NCBI RefSeq assembly: GCF_006345805.1
Contig: NC_043008.1
Coordinates: 57,040,001 to 57,104,000 of the forward strand
DNA length: 64,000 bases
Direction: 5' to 3'
Origin: Octopus sinensis
Taxonomy: Eukaryota
Position numbers and translations under genes: made by a program. The notes under the pieces are model-generated. The model did not search any database, was not told where the DNA came from, and saw nothing but the letters and a program-made list of their open reading frames with translations. The first letter of the stretch is position 1. Each line of letters begins with the position of its first letter. Below are positions 13,289-26,515 of the stretch, one piece after another.

Positions 13289-13869
13289 TACTTTTGAGGA
13301 AAATCGATTTCATTATTCTTTTTCAAAAACTTTGTTGTTATAAAAGGTTACAAGACTTTAAAATGATGTAAATTTATCCTGTCGGATACCTTCATTGCCT
13401 CCATATACATCATCGTTGTTTGTCTCTTTGGAAACAGAACCCACACAAGGACGAAACAACGATTATGAAACCTTTGTGCAGTCTTTCAATCTACTAGAAA
13501 TAGCAGCTAAATCCTCCTTGAACTACACCATAATGTCTAAAAGCAAATAGAGATGATACACTATATATTGTAGTTGGGTTAGATTTTTTCCGAATATAAA
13601 CCGGAATTGGTTCGAATGTCATTGATCGCGGATCTACATGATCAAGAAATGCTTTTGATATCCATAATTAGAGCACCAATGTATCATAGTGCGGTCTCTT
13701 ATTTACAGCTAAACTGAACATATTTATCATATGTAATCATAATATGGAATCAAAAACACTTCGTATGTATTATGGATAGTTGTACTCTTAGAAAAACGCA
13801 GATGCAAATACATAACAAACATATACTCAGTGTGGTTGAGGACACCAATATCAAATATTGGTTTCTAAT

Positions 13870-14385
13870 TTTACGACAAGGCCAGCAAGTTCGGGAGAGG
13901 GGGACAGTCGACTGCATCGATCCCAGTGCTGAACTGGTACTTATTTTATGGATCTCAACACGATGAAAGGCAATGTCGACCCCAGAAGCATTTGGACTCA
14001 GAACGTAAACGTCAACAAAATGCCTCTAAGCAGTTTTCCCGGTGCAGTAACGATTCTGCCAGGTCACCGCCTTACAGTTTCAATTTTTGGCACAAGATCA
14101 GCAATACTGAGATAAGGAGTAAGTCGATTATATCGACCTCAGCACTCATATGTAAATTATTTTATCGACCCCAGCACTCATATGATAATTATTTTAACGA
14201 CCCCAGCACTCATATGTTAATTATTTTATCGACCCCAGCACTCATATGGTACTTACTTTATCGACCCAGGAAGGAGGAAAGGCAAATCGACCTTGGTGGA
14301 ATTTGATTTCCGAACGTAAAGACGGACGAAATACCTCTAAGAATTTCTTCCGGTGCGATCACGATTCTACCGGCTGGCCACCTGG
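13870..14385 (-). mobile_element. two degenerate SINE family A copies, the second with an internal 4x ~32-bp tandem repeat (14131-14262)
   Basis: Contains the reverse complement of the family A motifs. The unit atcgaccccagcactcatatg occurs four times. Confidence 0.75.
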
Positions 14386-15324
14386 TAAGCGTTTGTAATA
14401 TTAAATAGAATAAATGCATTGTGTGAGTCCATCTTTGCTTGCATTTATGAAAAGACTATGTATATTTAATATCGAAGTGCAGTGCCCAGGAAATGTTTTA
14501 AGGGCCGTGAGTTCAATAAGATTACAGACGTGAACATTGACTTATTTAAGTGCTCTTAATACCACTCAAGTAGTGGAAAGTTCTTGCGCCTACCTCAAGC
14601 GAGGTAACATACGATGCTGTGCCACAGTGATTAGAGTCCTCTTTTTGTTTTTTGAAGTTATGGAGTTGTTTGAGGACGATATGCTTGTTATTTCTAGCAT
14701 TTTGAGTAGTCACATAAAGATTTCCTCTTCCTTGTCTCATCGGTGTGTTGGTGCTATTCCCAAGGAATCAGACAATCACGAATTCCGATATCTCGACAAC
14801 GGAGTCGTCCGATTGCCTAAAGTTACATAACGCCAATGTCTTGTAGCATTTTGAGTAATAACGTCTAGCAAATATTACTATAATCATTTCAGTAGTTGAA
14901 CCACGTGGACATAGGCAGCCCACAATATTTCTTACACCATCTATCAACGAAAATAGCGAACGCTGATACACGCCAACTAATAAGCTTCTACGTAATCAGC
15001 CGCTTTACTAGACAGAGCAGCGGTATTCTCTAGAATCACGCAAGATCGTCCTTTAAATCAGAAAATGCTACACAATATACGTCTAAATCAACAAAACTAC
15101 GTGACTGTCACTTATTAAATTGCATTGATTATACGTCTAGAGAATCAGAACTAACCAAGTTCTAAACTACAGCAGCGATCAATATTCTTAATATCCTAAA
15201 TAAATATGATCTGTTTATAAACTTCCATTTAGTAATCTTAGTATTTTCTCAGCAATTATAGTACTTAATTGGATGTCAGTGGCAATCATAATTTAAAAAT
15301 TGTTCCATGCTAACAAGCAGAGGC

Positions 15325-15548
15325 GGAGACGCAGCTGCGTAGTTAAGAACCTCGCTTTGCAACCGCATGGTTTTAGATCGGTCCTGTGGTGCGGTTCCCT
15401 GGACAAGTGGCTTCAATTATAGCCTTGTGACCCCGGACCGACTTACGCCTTGTAACTACATTTGGTAGACGGCAACTGAAAGAAAGCCTGCCTTACACAA
15501 GCCAACACCGGTGGCTGGAGACACATACAGACACAAAGACACACACAT

Positions 15549-15604
<56 letters not shown>

Positions 15605-15664
15605 CATGATCACCGTGACCGACCAGGCTATCAGATGTTGCTACACATCGCTGGTCACAATGCG

Positions 15665-15712
<48 letters not shown>

Positions 15713-15775
15713 GACAGAGACAGGCAGGCACGTAAACAGACAGACGGACAGAGAGACAGAGAAACAGAGAGGATG

Positions 15776-15870
<95 letters not shown>

Positions 15871-16145
15871 ACGGGCTTCTTTCTGTTTTCATCTACCATA
15901 TCCACTCGCACGATTTTTATGCACATGGGTGTATGTGTATTTACAAGTCTACATGTACCTATGTATCTGTGTGAAGAACCGTGTATTTGTGTTTGTTCAC
16001 ACTTTGACAACTAGTGTCGATTTGTTAAAGTACCCGCAACTTAGCGGTTCGGATTTAAAAGACTGATCTACTCGACTAAACCCTAGATGGCAGTGCCCCA
16101 GCATGGCAGTATTCCAATGAGTGAAACTAACAAAAGATAAAGCAT
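15325..16145 (+). mobile_element. degenerate SINE family B with expanded (TA)n and (GATA)n inside
   Basis: Head at 15325-15490 and tail at 15985-16145, with microsatellites between them. Confidence 0.65.
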
Positions 16146-17344
16146 AGAAAACAAACTTCAAATTGATTCCCAGTTTGCAACTGTTCAACAATAACTGCAT
16201 TTCAATTGCTACTAATGAACAATGGAATTAATTAAATAATTTCCATTTAGCAACACTGACCTATGATTCTCTTCTACTCTTTAGCAATTATATTTCTATA
16301 TTTCAATTAGTTACCTTTAATGGTATTTTAGTACTGAAGACGTTTTAAAATGTTACAATTTAGCAATTACTCCTTTTAAATTGTCCTAGTTAACAGTCAT
16401 ATTATTTGAAATTTTTACGAAACCAACAATGTATTAGTTAAATTGTTCCTTATGCGAACTTCGTCATTAAAATAAAAATAAAATAAAATCCCTTTTAGAA
16501 ATCGTGCAATTTTAAATGTACAGCTAGCCGTAGCTCACAAGAGAAAATGGCTTCCTAATATGAACCATGCTTTTACTGATTGTTCTAGAAGCCTGTGTAA
16601 TCGCGAGCGCATACAGACACCCAATAGGCTTCTTCAGGATGTCACTGATAGAAGGACACTGTACTGAACCAGGCCTCGCTTGGAACACATTACAGCAGAA
16701 GAGAAGAAAGCAATGACTTGATTAACGACAAAACGCGAAATCTGGTTGAGGAAGAGATGCTTGACATTTTGATCATGAGTCGAACAATTAAACCATTAGT
16801 GCACTTGTTCTCTAAGTAATCATAGTATTTCGTTTATTCACAGTTAGTGAGAATGATCTTTAAAGTGGAGTTGTACTTTTAACAATCATACAACTCAAAA
16901 GTTTCTCTGCGTGCTTCTTATGCACATGTTCTCAGTTCCGATCTTACTTCATAGCATTTTGAGCAAGTCTCTTTTACTATATACCACAACCGGCCAAAAC
17001 CTTAAGAAGTCCGTCATATATATAAATTAGAAAAAAACCACCTTTTATCAATTCAGTAATGAAAAATTAAATTATACCAAGTAGGAAAATGACATATTAT
17101 AGAAAGATTAAATATAAGATAAAACATATAACGATGATTAAGTAATGTGTAAAATAATAAATAGAACGTATTTTGTGAAATTTGATTTAGTATTTCTAAA
17201 TTGAATTTTTCCCTGTAAGTTTGGAATAATATTCCCTCATATTATTATTATTGTTGTTATTATTATTAATATATATATATGCGTGTGTGTGTGTGTGTAT
17301 GAGTGTGTGAATATATGTATGTATGTGTGTGTTTGTGTATGTGA

Positions 17345-17575
17345 GTGGCTGGGTGTGTATGCGTGCGTGTCTGTCACCTAAACCTTGACAACCTGTGTTG
17401 GTTTGTTTACGTCTCTATAAATTAGCGGTTCAGCAAAACAAGGCTATAAAATAAACACCAGACTTTAAAAACTGAGTACCGGGTTAGATTTCTTCCGCTA
17501 AAAATCCTTCAAGGTGGTAACATAGCAGGGTCGCATTCCAATGACTGAAACAATTAAAAGATAAAAAGTAGAAAG
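17345..17575 (+). mobile_element. SINE family B tail half
   Basis: cttgacaacctgtgttggtttgtttacgtc...ttagcggttcagcaaaa...atgactgaaac. A further tail half lies at 55620-55840. Confidence 0.7.
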
Positions 17576-17781
17576 TGTCATGATACCGAGTTTAGTAATA
17601 ATAGAATCTAAATGGCCTTCTGCTTAATATCACTTTGCTTAAATTTCTCCGATTTAGAAAATTTATAACTAATTCTTCTACGTTAGGTAATAATAGCCTT
17701 CTAAACTGTTTGCAGTCAGCAATCGTAGTCTTTAAATTGTTTCCAGTACCAATAACAGTATTTATACTAGTCCCATTTTAA

Positions 17782-18091
17782 CAATTGTTGTTTGTTCCTT
17801 CTCCAGCCATGCCTGGCTCATAACGGTCGGTTTCCCGGTTTCCTTGGCGTATAGGTTCCTCACCTGGACGGGAAGCCGGTCCGTCGCCGGTGATCTGCAA
17901 GATGCAGGAGGAAAGAGTGAGAGAAAGTTGTGGCGAAAGAGTCAGCAGAAGTTCGCCATTACCTTCTGCCAGAGCCGCGTAGAGCTTAGATGTTTCGCTC
18001 ATAAACACACACATCGCCCGGTCCGAAATTCGAATCCGCGATCCCTCGACCGCGAGTTCGCTGCTCTAACCACTAGGCCATGTGCCTCCAC
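17782..18091 (-). mobile_element. tRNA-derived SINE family C
   Basis: A box TGGCCTAGTGG and B box GGATTCGAATTTC. The tail cccgtccag...gaaaccgggaaaccg is shared with 19891-20140. A head fragment of the same family lies at 58950-59101 (-). Confidence 0.85.
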
Positions 18092-19890
18092 CATTTTAAC
18101 AATTACGGCATTTAAATTCTAGCCGAAACGACTTCGAAATTAATACATTCAGCTTAAAAAGATTGTGAAATTTCAATCTATCCGCTCAGCCTCAAAATGT
18201 CCGGCCTGGTGCCAATGTTGCAAATCATTGCTGAAGGTGGCTGTTTTGGTTTGTTTACGTCCCTATAAATTAGCGGTTCATTTGATTTTGAGCTTTATTA
18301 AATTGTTTCCGGGTATTTACGTTGGGATCTCAAAAGCCTAGTTGTTTGGCAATTAAGTGAATACCAACAACAAGTAGAAATCCCAAGGTTATTTCGAATA
18401 CTGATGGTAAAAATATTCCAACTATGTCTAAAGAATAAGTAAGTAGCGATCGGTTGACGTAGAATTAACTATGGAATGGCATTGAAGACATAATCTTTCT
18501 TCCTCTTTCTGTTGTACCTGTATTTCAAAGGACCAGCCTTGTCACACTCTGTGTCACAATGAATCTACCCGAGAACTGCATTAAGGGTACACGTATATGT
18601 AGAGTGCTCAACCACTTACACGTTAATTCCACGAAGAAGCTGTTCCGTCTATCGGTTTAACCGGAACCCTCGTCGTCGTAACCGACGGAGCGCCACTGTA
18701 TATACATACACAAACACATACACATACATACATATATATCAACCGCACCCTGGAGCAACTACTGTGCTTCATTTAGTGGGACATTTCAAATTTAATTATA
18801 AGCACATTTCTGTTACGTGAAAATAAATATATATATAAACGATAAAACTCTCCTAAACTTACGCTATTTTCCCGCAGTCAATTTTTTCGCGAATTAAATA
18901 AATATAATAAAGACTGTCTACAATAGAGTATGCCAACAGCTTAGTCAATTGTCTTCAAAATAATATTAACGTTGTATAGCTTTTATTATATAGTTAAAGA
19001 AACATTTGTTTAAATTGTTATATACATAAATTCTAGCCGAATGATATAGATTGAATTCCTATTTACCTTAATACAAGTATAATTTTTCAGTCCATTAACA
19101 CCGTTTTTAGGAGAAACCTTTTTTTTTATTTACATGTACGCTATATTTTTTCAGATTGATATTCGATAACGATCGTAGTATAGATGTTCTTTTTCTTCTT
19201 CACCAAAAACTGTTTTTATCATATTAACAATAGTTCGTCTTCGATATTTAAACATTTAATCATCCAGAAGGAATTGTTGCAACCGAAACTAATAGAAAAG
19301 GGGGCATAAACGGAAAAAGACCATTCCACAAATATTGGAACACGAGTAACAAACATTAATCTTTTTGGACGAAATGTTAACTAGTTGAATCATGTTGGCA
19401 AGTTTTGCATATTTTGATAGAAATATTCAGAATATCGGAAAACATTCACGATAGCAATTCCTACATTCATTTGGAACATCGGCGGACAAACTAGAAATTT
19501 CTCTTCCTTGAGATATGAAAAAATTACATTCTTAATATCTGGAATTTTTATCGTGTGTGTAATGGTGTCTGGCTCTTAGCTTCCTTAAATAAAATATTTA
19601 TTTCGTTTTTTGACGAGATGCTTTCTACTTCTTCCAATAAATTATCAAGCTATAGATAATGTGTGTTTGTGTGTATTTATGTATATATATTTCTATGTAA
19701 GCATATAATGTTATAGTGAAAACCATAAATCTTGTTAAACCCTGGATAGCTATATAGATCAAGATTTGTAGTTTTTATCATAACATTATTTTAATGATTA
19801 TTATCATTACCTTAACTGTTCGAGTGCTTTTAATACTTGTTGAAATCTCACATCATTTATGCACATATAACTATAGGTATGTATACACAC

Positions 19891-20140
19891 GTGGAGGAAC
19901 GTGGCTTAGTGGTTAGGGTGTCAGCATCATGATTGTAAGATTGTGGTTTCGATTCCTGGACTGGGCGACGCGTTGTGTTGTTGAGCAAAGCACTTCATTT
20001 CACGTTGCTCCAGTCCACTCAGCTGGCAAAAATGAGTTACGCTGCGATGGACTGGCGTCCCGTCCAGCAGGGGAACACATACGCCATAGAAACCGGTAAA
20101 CCGGGCCCATGAGCCTGGCTAGGCTTTAAAAGGCCGCATT
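19891..20140 (+). mobile_element. tRNA-derived SINE with a Meta/V-like central domain
   Basis: A box tggcttagtgg, B box ggtttcgattcc, and central ttgagcaaagcacttcatttcacgttgctccagtccactcagctgg. Confidence 0.85.
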
Positions 20141-21334
20141 TATTTTCTTATGTATAAACACACACACACACACATAGATATACGTAATATTCTTTTGGGC
20201 ATTTCACCAATGCAGTTGCGAGAACACGCTGCAGTATATATATATATATATGTGTGTGTGTGTACATATACACACATACACACACGCACACATTTACATA
20301 TATCTGCGTATGTATGTATTCATATATATGTATGTAAATGTGTGTATGCATTACCATTCTTTTATGCACAAATGTTAGTCTTTGTATTCTGCTCGTGTGT
20401 TTAAACTGGTGTCGCTCGTTCAGACTTTACGTTTAAGAAAGAAGCCTAACGTAACGGATCGACAAAAATGATTGATAAAATAAATTAAATACCAGAATGA
20501 AATACATGCAAAAGTCAATGTAATCAAGGCAAAAAAAAAATCCCCGAATGAAGGGCCTCAGAATGGCTGTTGTCCAATCATCGAAAACAGTAAAACATAA
20601 TTCCTGAGATTATTATATGAGAGTGTTAAATAGTTGGAAATGTAGCTTTGCCGGATTAAATGTCCAGGCATTTAGTTACTTCCATTAATTTTCCCAGTAG
20701 TGTAAATCTGGCATAGATAGAGATAATCTCATTAGAAGGACATTGGTTATTAGATGCTGCCAACGATATTATGCAAAACACGCTAACGATGCAATAATAT
20801 ACAAGGCAGCAATAGCAGCAACAGAAACAAATATATAACTACTACATACATCAGGTCCCCCGCAAGGGAGGATTTTAAATTGTAATGGACTTCTTAGTCC
20901 AAATAATTGTAAAATATTGTAAGTGTATTTTTAAAAGAATAATATTATAGAGGAGCAGAGGGTTGGCAGGCGCTTTCTGTCCTCTCCCATCCTTATCATC
21001 CTGTATTATTATCATTCACCTCATCAATGTCTTGTCCAGACCGCAAAGCTACCCATCCTTGTACTGCCTCTATGGCAAATGAAATGAAATAAAGTGTATA
21101 ACTACTGCTACCGTTGTTGTATTTATTATTGTTGATACAAATGTTACTGCGACTATTATTAATACTCCAACTGACCACTCTACTATTACTAAATGTATTC
21201 TACCTCAAAAATTGCTACTACTATTCCGTCACCACCACTCCTGCTGTTACTGTTATATTAACTGTTTTCCCCCTATATTACTGATACTAGTGTTACTATT
21301 ACTACTTCTACTACGACTGTCAATAATAATGATA

Positions 21335-21725
21335 ATCCTTTCTACTATAGGCACAAGGCCTGAAATTTATCGACCCCGACGGCATGTGAACTCAGAACTT
21401 AAACGAAATGCTGCTAAGCAATTCGCCTGGCGTAGTATCATTCCTGCCACTTCTGTTGCTGCTAATAATGCTTTCTACTATAGACACAAGGCCTGAAACT
21501 GTGGGGGAGGGGGCTAGTCGATTACATCGACACCAGTGCGTAACTGGTACTTATATCATCGTCCTCGCGATGATGAAAAGCAAAGCATGGCATTCTAACG
21601 ATTTTTATTTCTTTATTGCTCACAAGGGACTAAATATAGAGAGGACAAACAAGGGCAGACAGAGGGATTAAGTCCATTACATCGACCCCAGTGCGTAACT
21701 GGAAACTTAATTTATCGACCCCGTA
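21335..21725 (-). mobile_element. cluster of SINE family A fragments
   Basis: Contains ggcacaaggcctgaaa, atcgacaccagtgcgtaactggtact and acaagggactaaatatagagaggacaaac motifs. Confidence 0.75.
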
Positions 21726-21839
21726 TGTATGTGCGTATGCATATATCACGTAGAGGTTTATTGAAGGCGAAAACCATCAAAAACGCTTACTAAGGTTCAC
21801 GCACCTATATTCTTGTGCATATATATATAAATATATATT

Positions 21840-21887
<48 letters not shown>

Positions 21888-21980
21888 ATATATAGTCATA
21901 CATATGCTTATATTTGTATATTCATACATATACATTCATATATATATATATATTAATACATACATTTGCATATATATATA

Positions 21981-22011
<31 letters not shown>

Positions 22012-23289
22012 ATATATATATATATATACATGTATACATGTATGCCTATGTATATGTATATATCTATATATGCATACTAATATACAGTATACATGTGCGT
22101 GTTTGTGTGTGAATGTGAGTGTGGTTGTGAGTTTTAATAGTGTATGTATAAAGACATGAAATATATAAATTTTCCACGTCTACACACAAAGCATTTTCCA
22201 AGATGATTCATAACATATGTTCATACGTTTTAGTAAAACATTATCTCGTCTTTCTTCCTCTCTCTCTCTCACTCTTTCTCTCTTTCCTTCGTTCTCTTTT
22301 CCGCCTTCTCTCTCTCTCTTCCCCTCGTTATATCTGTGTATGAAATCATAAAGACCTGATTTCTTTTGATTAATAGTTTACGCTAAAAACTCTCGAGGCC
22401 TTGTGCCAATGTAAGAAATCAATTTTATTTCCTGTTCAGCCTAATCCTATCGCGAAACGATATAATTCTGTCGATTTGACATTTCGTGTCATCTTAACAT
22501 CATGATGGTGAAATGTCAGCCAGAGCCGTATTATCACAGCAATTATATAAATCTTGGTATTCAGTTCAGAAAGCCGAATCGATCTTATTGGCATATACCT
22601 AATCTAAGATGACGGTTTATCAAATTCTAAGTATTCGTGGACTAAAGCCTAATATGTATTGGCTAGTTTTCATCGCCTGCGGCGGATATTAATGTTGTCT
22701 TAAATCAGGCAGTTTTTTTTTCTAAGTGTGTATGTGTGTAGCGCACACGTGAGTATACACGCGCGTGCGCACACACACACAGAGGCACACACGTACACAC
22801 ACACATACAGGCACACATACATAACCTTGTATGAAATATAATATCAGCTTTTTCCTTAAACACGAGAAAAAATTCATTGAAAATCTACCTGTATATATAT
22901 ATATATATGTGTTGTATGTATGTATATATAAAACTCTGTAAGGTGTATAATATATGAAAATAAATGCAAAATATGTTCAAAATAGGGTGATACAGCATTA
23001 TATTCGACAAGAAGATGGAATAAATCATTGATTTTCATGTATAAGTATCCAGAAAATACATATTCTGATCACATAATATTCGAGACGGCAGTGTATTGGA
23101 ATTAATACTGCATGTGTGTACACATATATCCATGCATTTTTATTTATATATATATATATATGTGTGTATGTGTGTGTGTGTGTGTAATTGTCACTAAGTG
23201 AGACTAGGGGGAGTTATAACGTACTTACGTTGTTAGAAATAGGAGCTAAAATGCTCCAACGTAGTAGCTGACTCACTTGAATGAAAACA

Positions 23290-23565
23290 TATACAGTAAC
23301 CGGGACCATAATTGTAGGATCAAATATCGACGAGAATTCCAGTTGATCCGATCAAGGGAATAGTCTGCTCGTGAATTTCACGGGATCAAGCACGTGACGT
23401 CTACCCTTAATGTAGTTCTCAGAGAAATTCAGTGTAATACAGAGTGTGACAAGGTTGGCCCTTTGAAATACAGATACTACTCATTTCTGCTAGTTGAGTG
23501 AACTAGAGAAACGTGAAATAAACTGTCTTGCTCAAGGACACAAAGCATTGCCCGAAATTAAGCTC
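23290..23565 (-). mobile_element. SINE with the same central domain and a third tail type; related tail fragment at 18495-18700 (+)
   Basis: The two loci share (c)tgtatttcaaagg(g/a)cca(a/g)ccttgtcacactctgt...gagaact. Confidence 0.7.
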
Positions 23566-23571
23566 GCGAGC

Positions 23572-23790
23572 TGGCGAGCTGGCTGGAACGTTAGCACGCC
23601 AGGCAAAATGCTTAGCGGCATTTCGTCTGCCGCTACGTTCTGAGTTCAAATTCCGCCGAGGTCGACTTTGCCTTTCATCCTTTCGGGGTGTCGATTAAAT
23701 AAGTATCAGTTACGCACTGGGGTTCATGTAATCGACTTAATCCTTGTTTTTTCCCTCTATGTATATCCCCCTGTGGGCAATAAAGGAGTA
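23572..23790 (+). mobile_element. SINE family A
   Basis: Full head and one unit, similar to 7262-7495. Confidence 0.85.
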
Positions 23791-23828
23791 AATATATACG
23801 TGTATATATATATATATACGTGTGTATA

Positions 23829-23866
<38 letters not shown>

Positions 23867-23876
<10 letters not shown>

Positions 23877-24089
23877 AATTAAGGACTGAACACGAAAAGT
23901 GGACAGTCAACATGCTAGATATAGACGTCAAATCGCCATTACCCACAAAGATTATGTTCTCAAATAAAACTCAGCACAAAACTGTGTTTTATTTGAGAAC
24001 ATAATCTTTGTGGAGAATGGCGATTTGACGTCTATATCTAGCATGTTGACTGTCCACTTTTCGTGTTCAGTCCTTAATTGGTATATATA
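23867..24089. repeat. long palindrome with 104-bp arms and a 15-nt loop
   Basis: 23867-23970 pairs with 23986-24089, with 2 adjacent mismatches. Confidence 0.95.
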
Positions 24090-24167
24090 AATATTTTAAT
24101 CTTCGGATTCTTTTTAATATGCTAGACCACTGGTTTTAATTGATAAATATCAATTTCTACCCTTAAA

Positions 24168-24202
<35 letters not shown>

Positions 24203-24496
24203 GTGTTCGGAAAGGCAATTTTTTCTTGCCAATTAAACACACGCACTGTATATTCGTTCTTCACTTGTTTATCATGGTTGCTATTTTATTGTCCGTCCAT
24301 TGTCTGGAAATCGTTTGTCACACATTATAACCTCTTCAGCGACTCTTGTAGCCAAGCGTTTCCTCCTGTTGTGTTTTGTCCATTCTCTGAGAAAGAAGGG
24401 ACTAAACAGAGAGAGAAAGAGAAGAGACAGTTGGGGAGACGTTAACGTCGGATTAGTCCACTGTACGTTCCCGCTATTTATCTCTTTATATAAATA

Positions 24497-24888
24497 CTAG
24501 CAGTATCGCCCGGCGTTGCTCGAGTTTGTAAGGGAAATAGCTATAAGGCATTTTAGAGATTTATAACCAAAAAATAGCAAAAAAATGCATTAAAAATGGG
24601 AAAAAAATGATGGTAATTTTTTTTTTAAACCGTTGACTCATCGTAGACATTTTTAGAGAGTTACTTCCCTTATATAATAGCGAAAAAATGCATTAAAATG
24701 AAAAAAAATGATGGTAATTTTTTTTTTAATCGTAGACTCATCGTAGACGCGCACTAATACCCAGAAGGGCTCGATATGAATCACGACTATAAGATACCAG
24801 GTTTGGGTTAAACTGCACCGCAAAATGTGGGAGTAGTTAGGAATCTAAATCGTAGGAGACAGACACACAACTTGACTTTTATATATAA
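24497..24888 (-). mobile_element. non-autonomous Helitron-like element (copy 1 of tandem pair)
   Basis: The minus-strand 3' end has a c(t/c)cg-agcaacgc-cggg hairpin plus CTAG followed by T. The 5' end is ttTATATATAAAA. Confidence 0.75.
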
Positions 24889-24889
24889 A

Positions 24890-25400
24890 CTAGCAGTATC
24901 GCCCGGCGTTGCTCGGGTTTGTAAGGGAAATAACTATATAAGCATTTTTAGAGAGTTACTTCCTTTATAGATGCCAATTCGAGCTTTCTTAGCCATTTCT
25001 GTTTTGGTGTCTTCAAGCCATGAAGTCATTGTTCTAAAAGAACGCTGGTCTCCTTGACAACGCATTACGACGTTGATTTCCTTAAACTCCCACAGCTTCA
25101 CGAGGGAGGGAAGAAGGGGGAGAAGCAAACACAGGTGCAGGTGTTTGAGCGTGGACGCCAACTCCGCCGCAATCGACACACGAAAAATTATGCATTAAAA
25201 TGGAATAAAAAATGATGTTAAATTATTTTTAAAATCGTAGACTCATCGTAGACGCGCGCTAATAGCCAGACGGGCTCGATATGAATCACGACTATAAGAT
25301 ACCCGAATTTGGTTAAACTGCACCGCAAAATGTGGGAGGAGTTAGGAATCTAAATCGAAGGGGACAGACACTCACACAACTACAGTTTTATATATATAGA
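24890..25400 (-). mobile_element. non-autonomous Helitron-like element (copy 2 of tandem pair)
   Basis: A|TC 5' end (tctatatatataaaa), 3' hairpin cccgagcaacgccggg and CTAG|T. Confidence 0.8.
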
Positions 25401-25767
25401 TATATGAGTGTCAGAAATTATTTTTATTGCATGAACATACTATCGATAACTATGTATTTGAATTAATTCGTCTTTCTAAAACTGCATTTAAACCTTGTAA
25501 CTTAGAAAGAAAATGTATTTTATGATGAGGTAATATGTCAACATTGCATATGAGAGATTTCTTCATTTCAACGGATTAACTGTTGGATTAAAATTGTTTT
25601 TTCAAAAATCATAATTAGAAGAAGGTTCATTAAATCGATATTTAATTACTGTTATTTTGGTAACTTTATCATATTTCTCTTGTTATTTCCGACTTTGAAG
25701 ATGATAGTGCGTGTAGTTGTTATGGAAATTATAGGTTACTGGTATGGTTCTTTATGTTGTTGTTGCT

Positions 25768-25809
<42 letters not shown>

Positions 25810-26029
25810 TAGTAGTAGTAGTAGGGGGTGTTAATATGGTGGTGATAGTTGTAACAGTGGTGGTAGTATTAGAGTTGTTAATGGCATTATTATTTACGTT
25901 TATCAGAGGTTTTATCGGAACTCCTGGAACCTTGCACACGGAGCGGGGTTGCTACCTGCAGCCTATGGTATAATGCTACCTGTTCTTTTCTCCTATGTAA
26001 TACTTTCCTGAATTATTCTGGTTCTGCTT

Positions 26030-26468
26030 ATTATTGTTTATTATTATTATTACTAGTAGTAGTAGTAGTCGTCGTCGTCATCGTCGTCGTCGTAGTAGTA
26101 GTAGTAGTAGTAGTCTGGTGGTTGTGGTGGTGGTAGTGGTGGTGGTTGTAGTGGTGGTGGTACTAATAGATGTGGTACTGGTGACAGTAGTAATGTTTAT
26201 GGTGATAGTAACAGTAGTGGCAGTAGTGATGATGGTGGTGGTATTGGAGGAGGTGGTGATAGAGCTGATGGCATAATAGTAGTAGTAGCAATAATAGTAG
26301 TAGTGGTAGTAGTATTAGTAGTAGTAGTAGTAGTCTGGTGGTTGTGGTGGTGGTACTGGTGACAGTAATAATGTTGATGATGATAGTAACAGTAGTGGCA
26401 GTAGTGATGATGGTGATGGTATTGGAGGAGGTGGTGATAGAGCTGATGGCATAATAGTAGTAGTAGTA

Positions 26469-26511
<43 letters not shown>

Positions 26512-26515
26512 TGTT
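26030..26515. repeat. (GTA)n/(GTG)n low-complexity block with an internal ~200-bp duplication
   Basis: gtaacagtagtggcagtagtgatgatggt...gagctgatggcataatagtag occurs twice (about 26205-26280 and 26385-26460). Confidence 0.85.

Noticed and set aside
14131-14262. Four ~32-bp direct repeats resembling a CRISPR array
   Set aside because: The repeats are contiguous with no unique spacers, derive from SINE A sequence, and sit in a eukaryotic context without cas genes.
14537-14971. Overlapping ORFs with faint ankyrin-like words and a 14-bp repeat 150 bp apart
   Set aside because: The periodicity does not fit 33-aa repeats and there is no coherent motif.
17990-20000. tRNA-like A/B boxes as tRNA genes
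   Set aside because: No complete cloverleaf is present, and they continue into SINE bodies.
22477-22518. ~16-bp hairpin with several G-U pairs
   Set aside because: It is short and weak for a miRNA precursor, with no further support.
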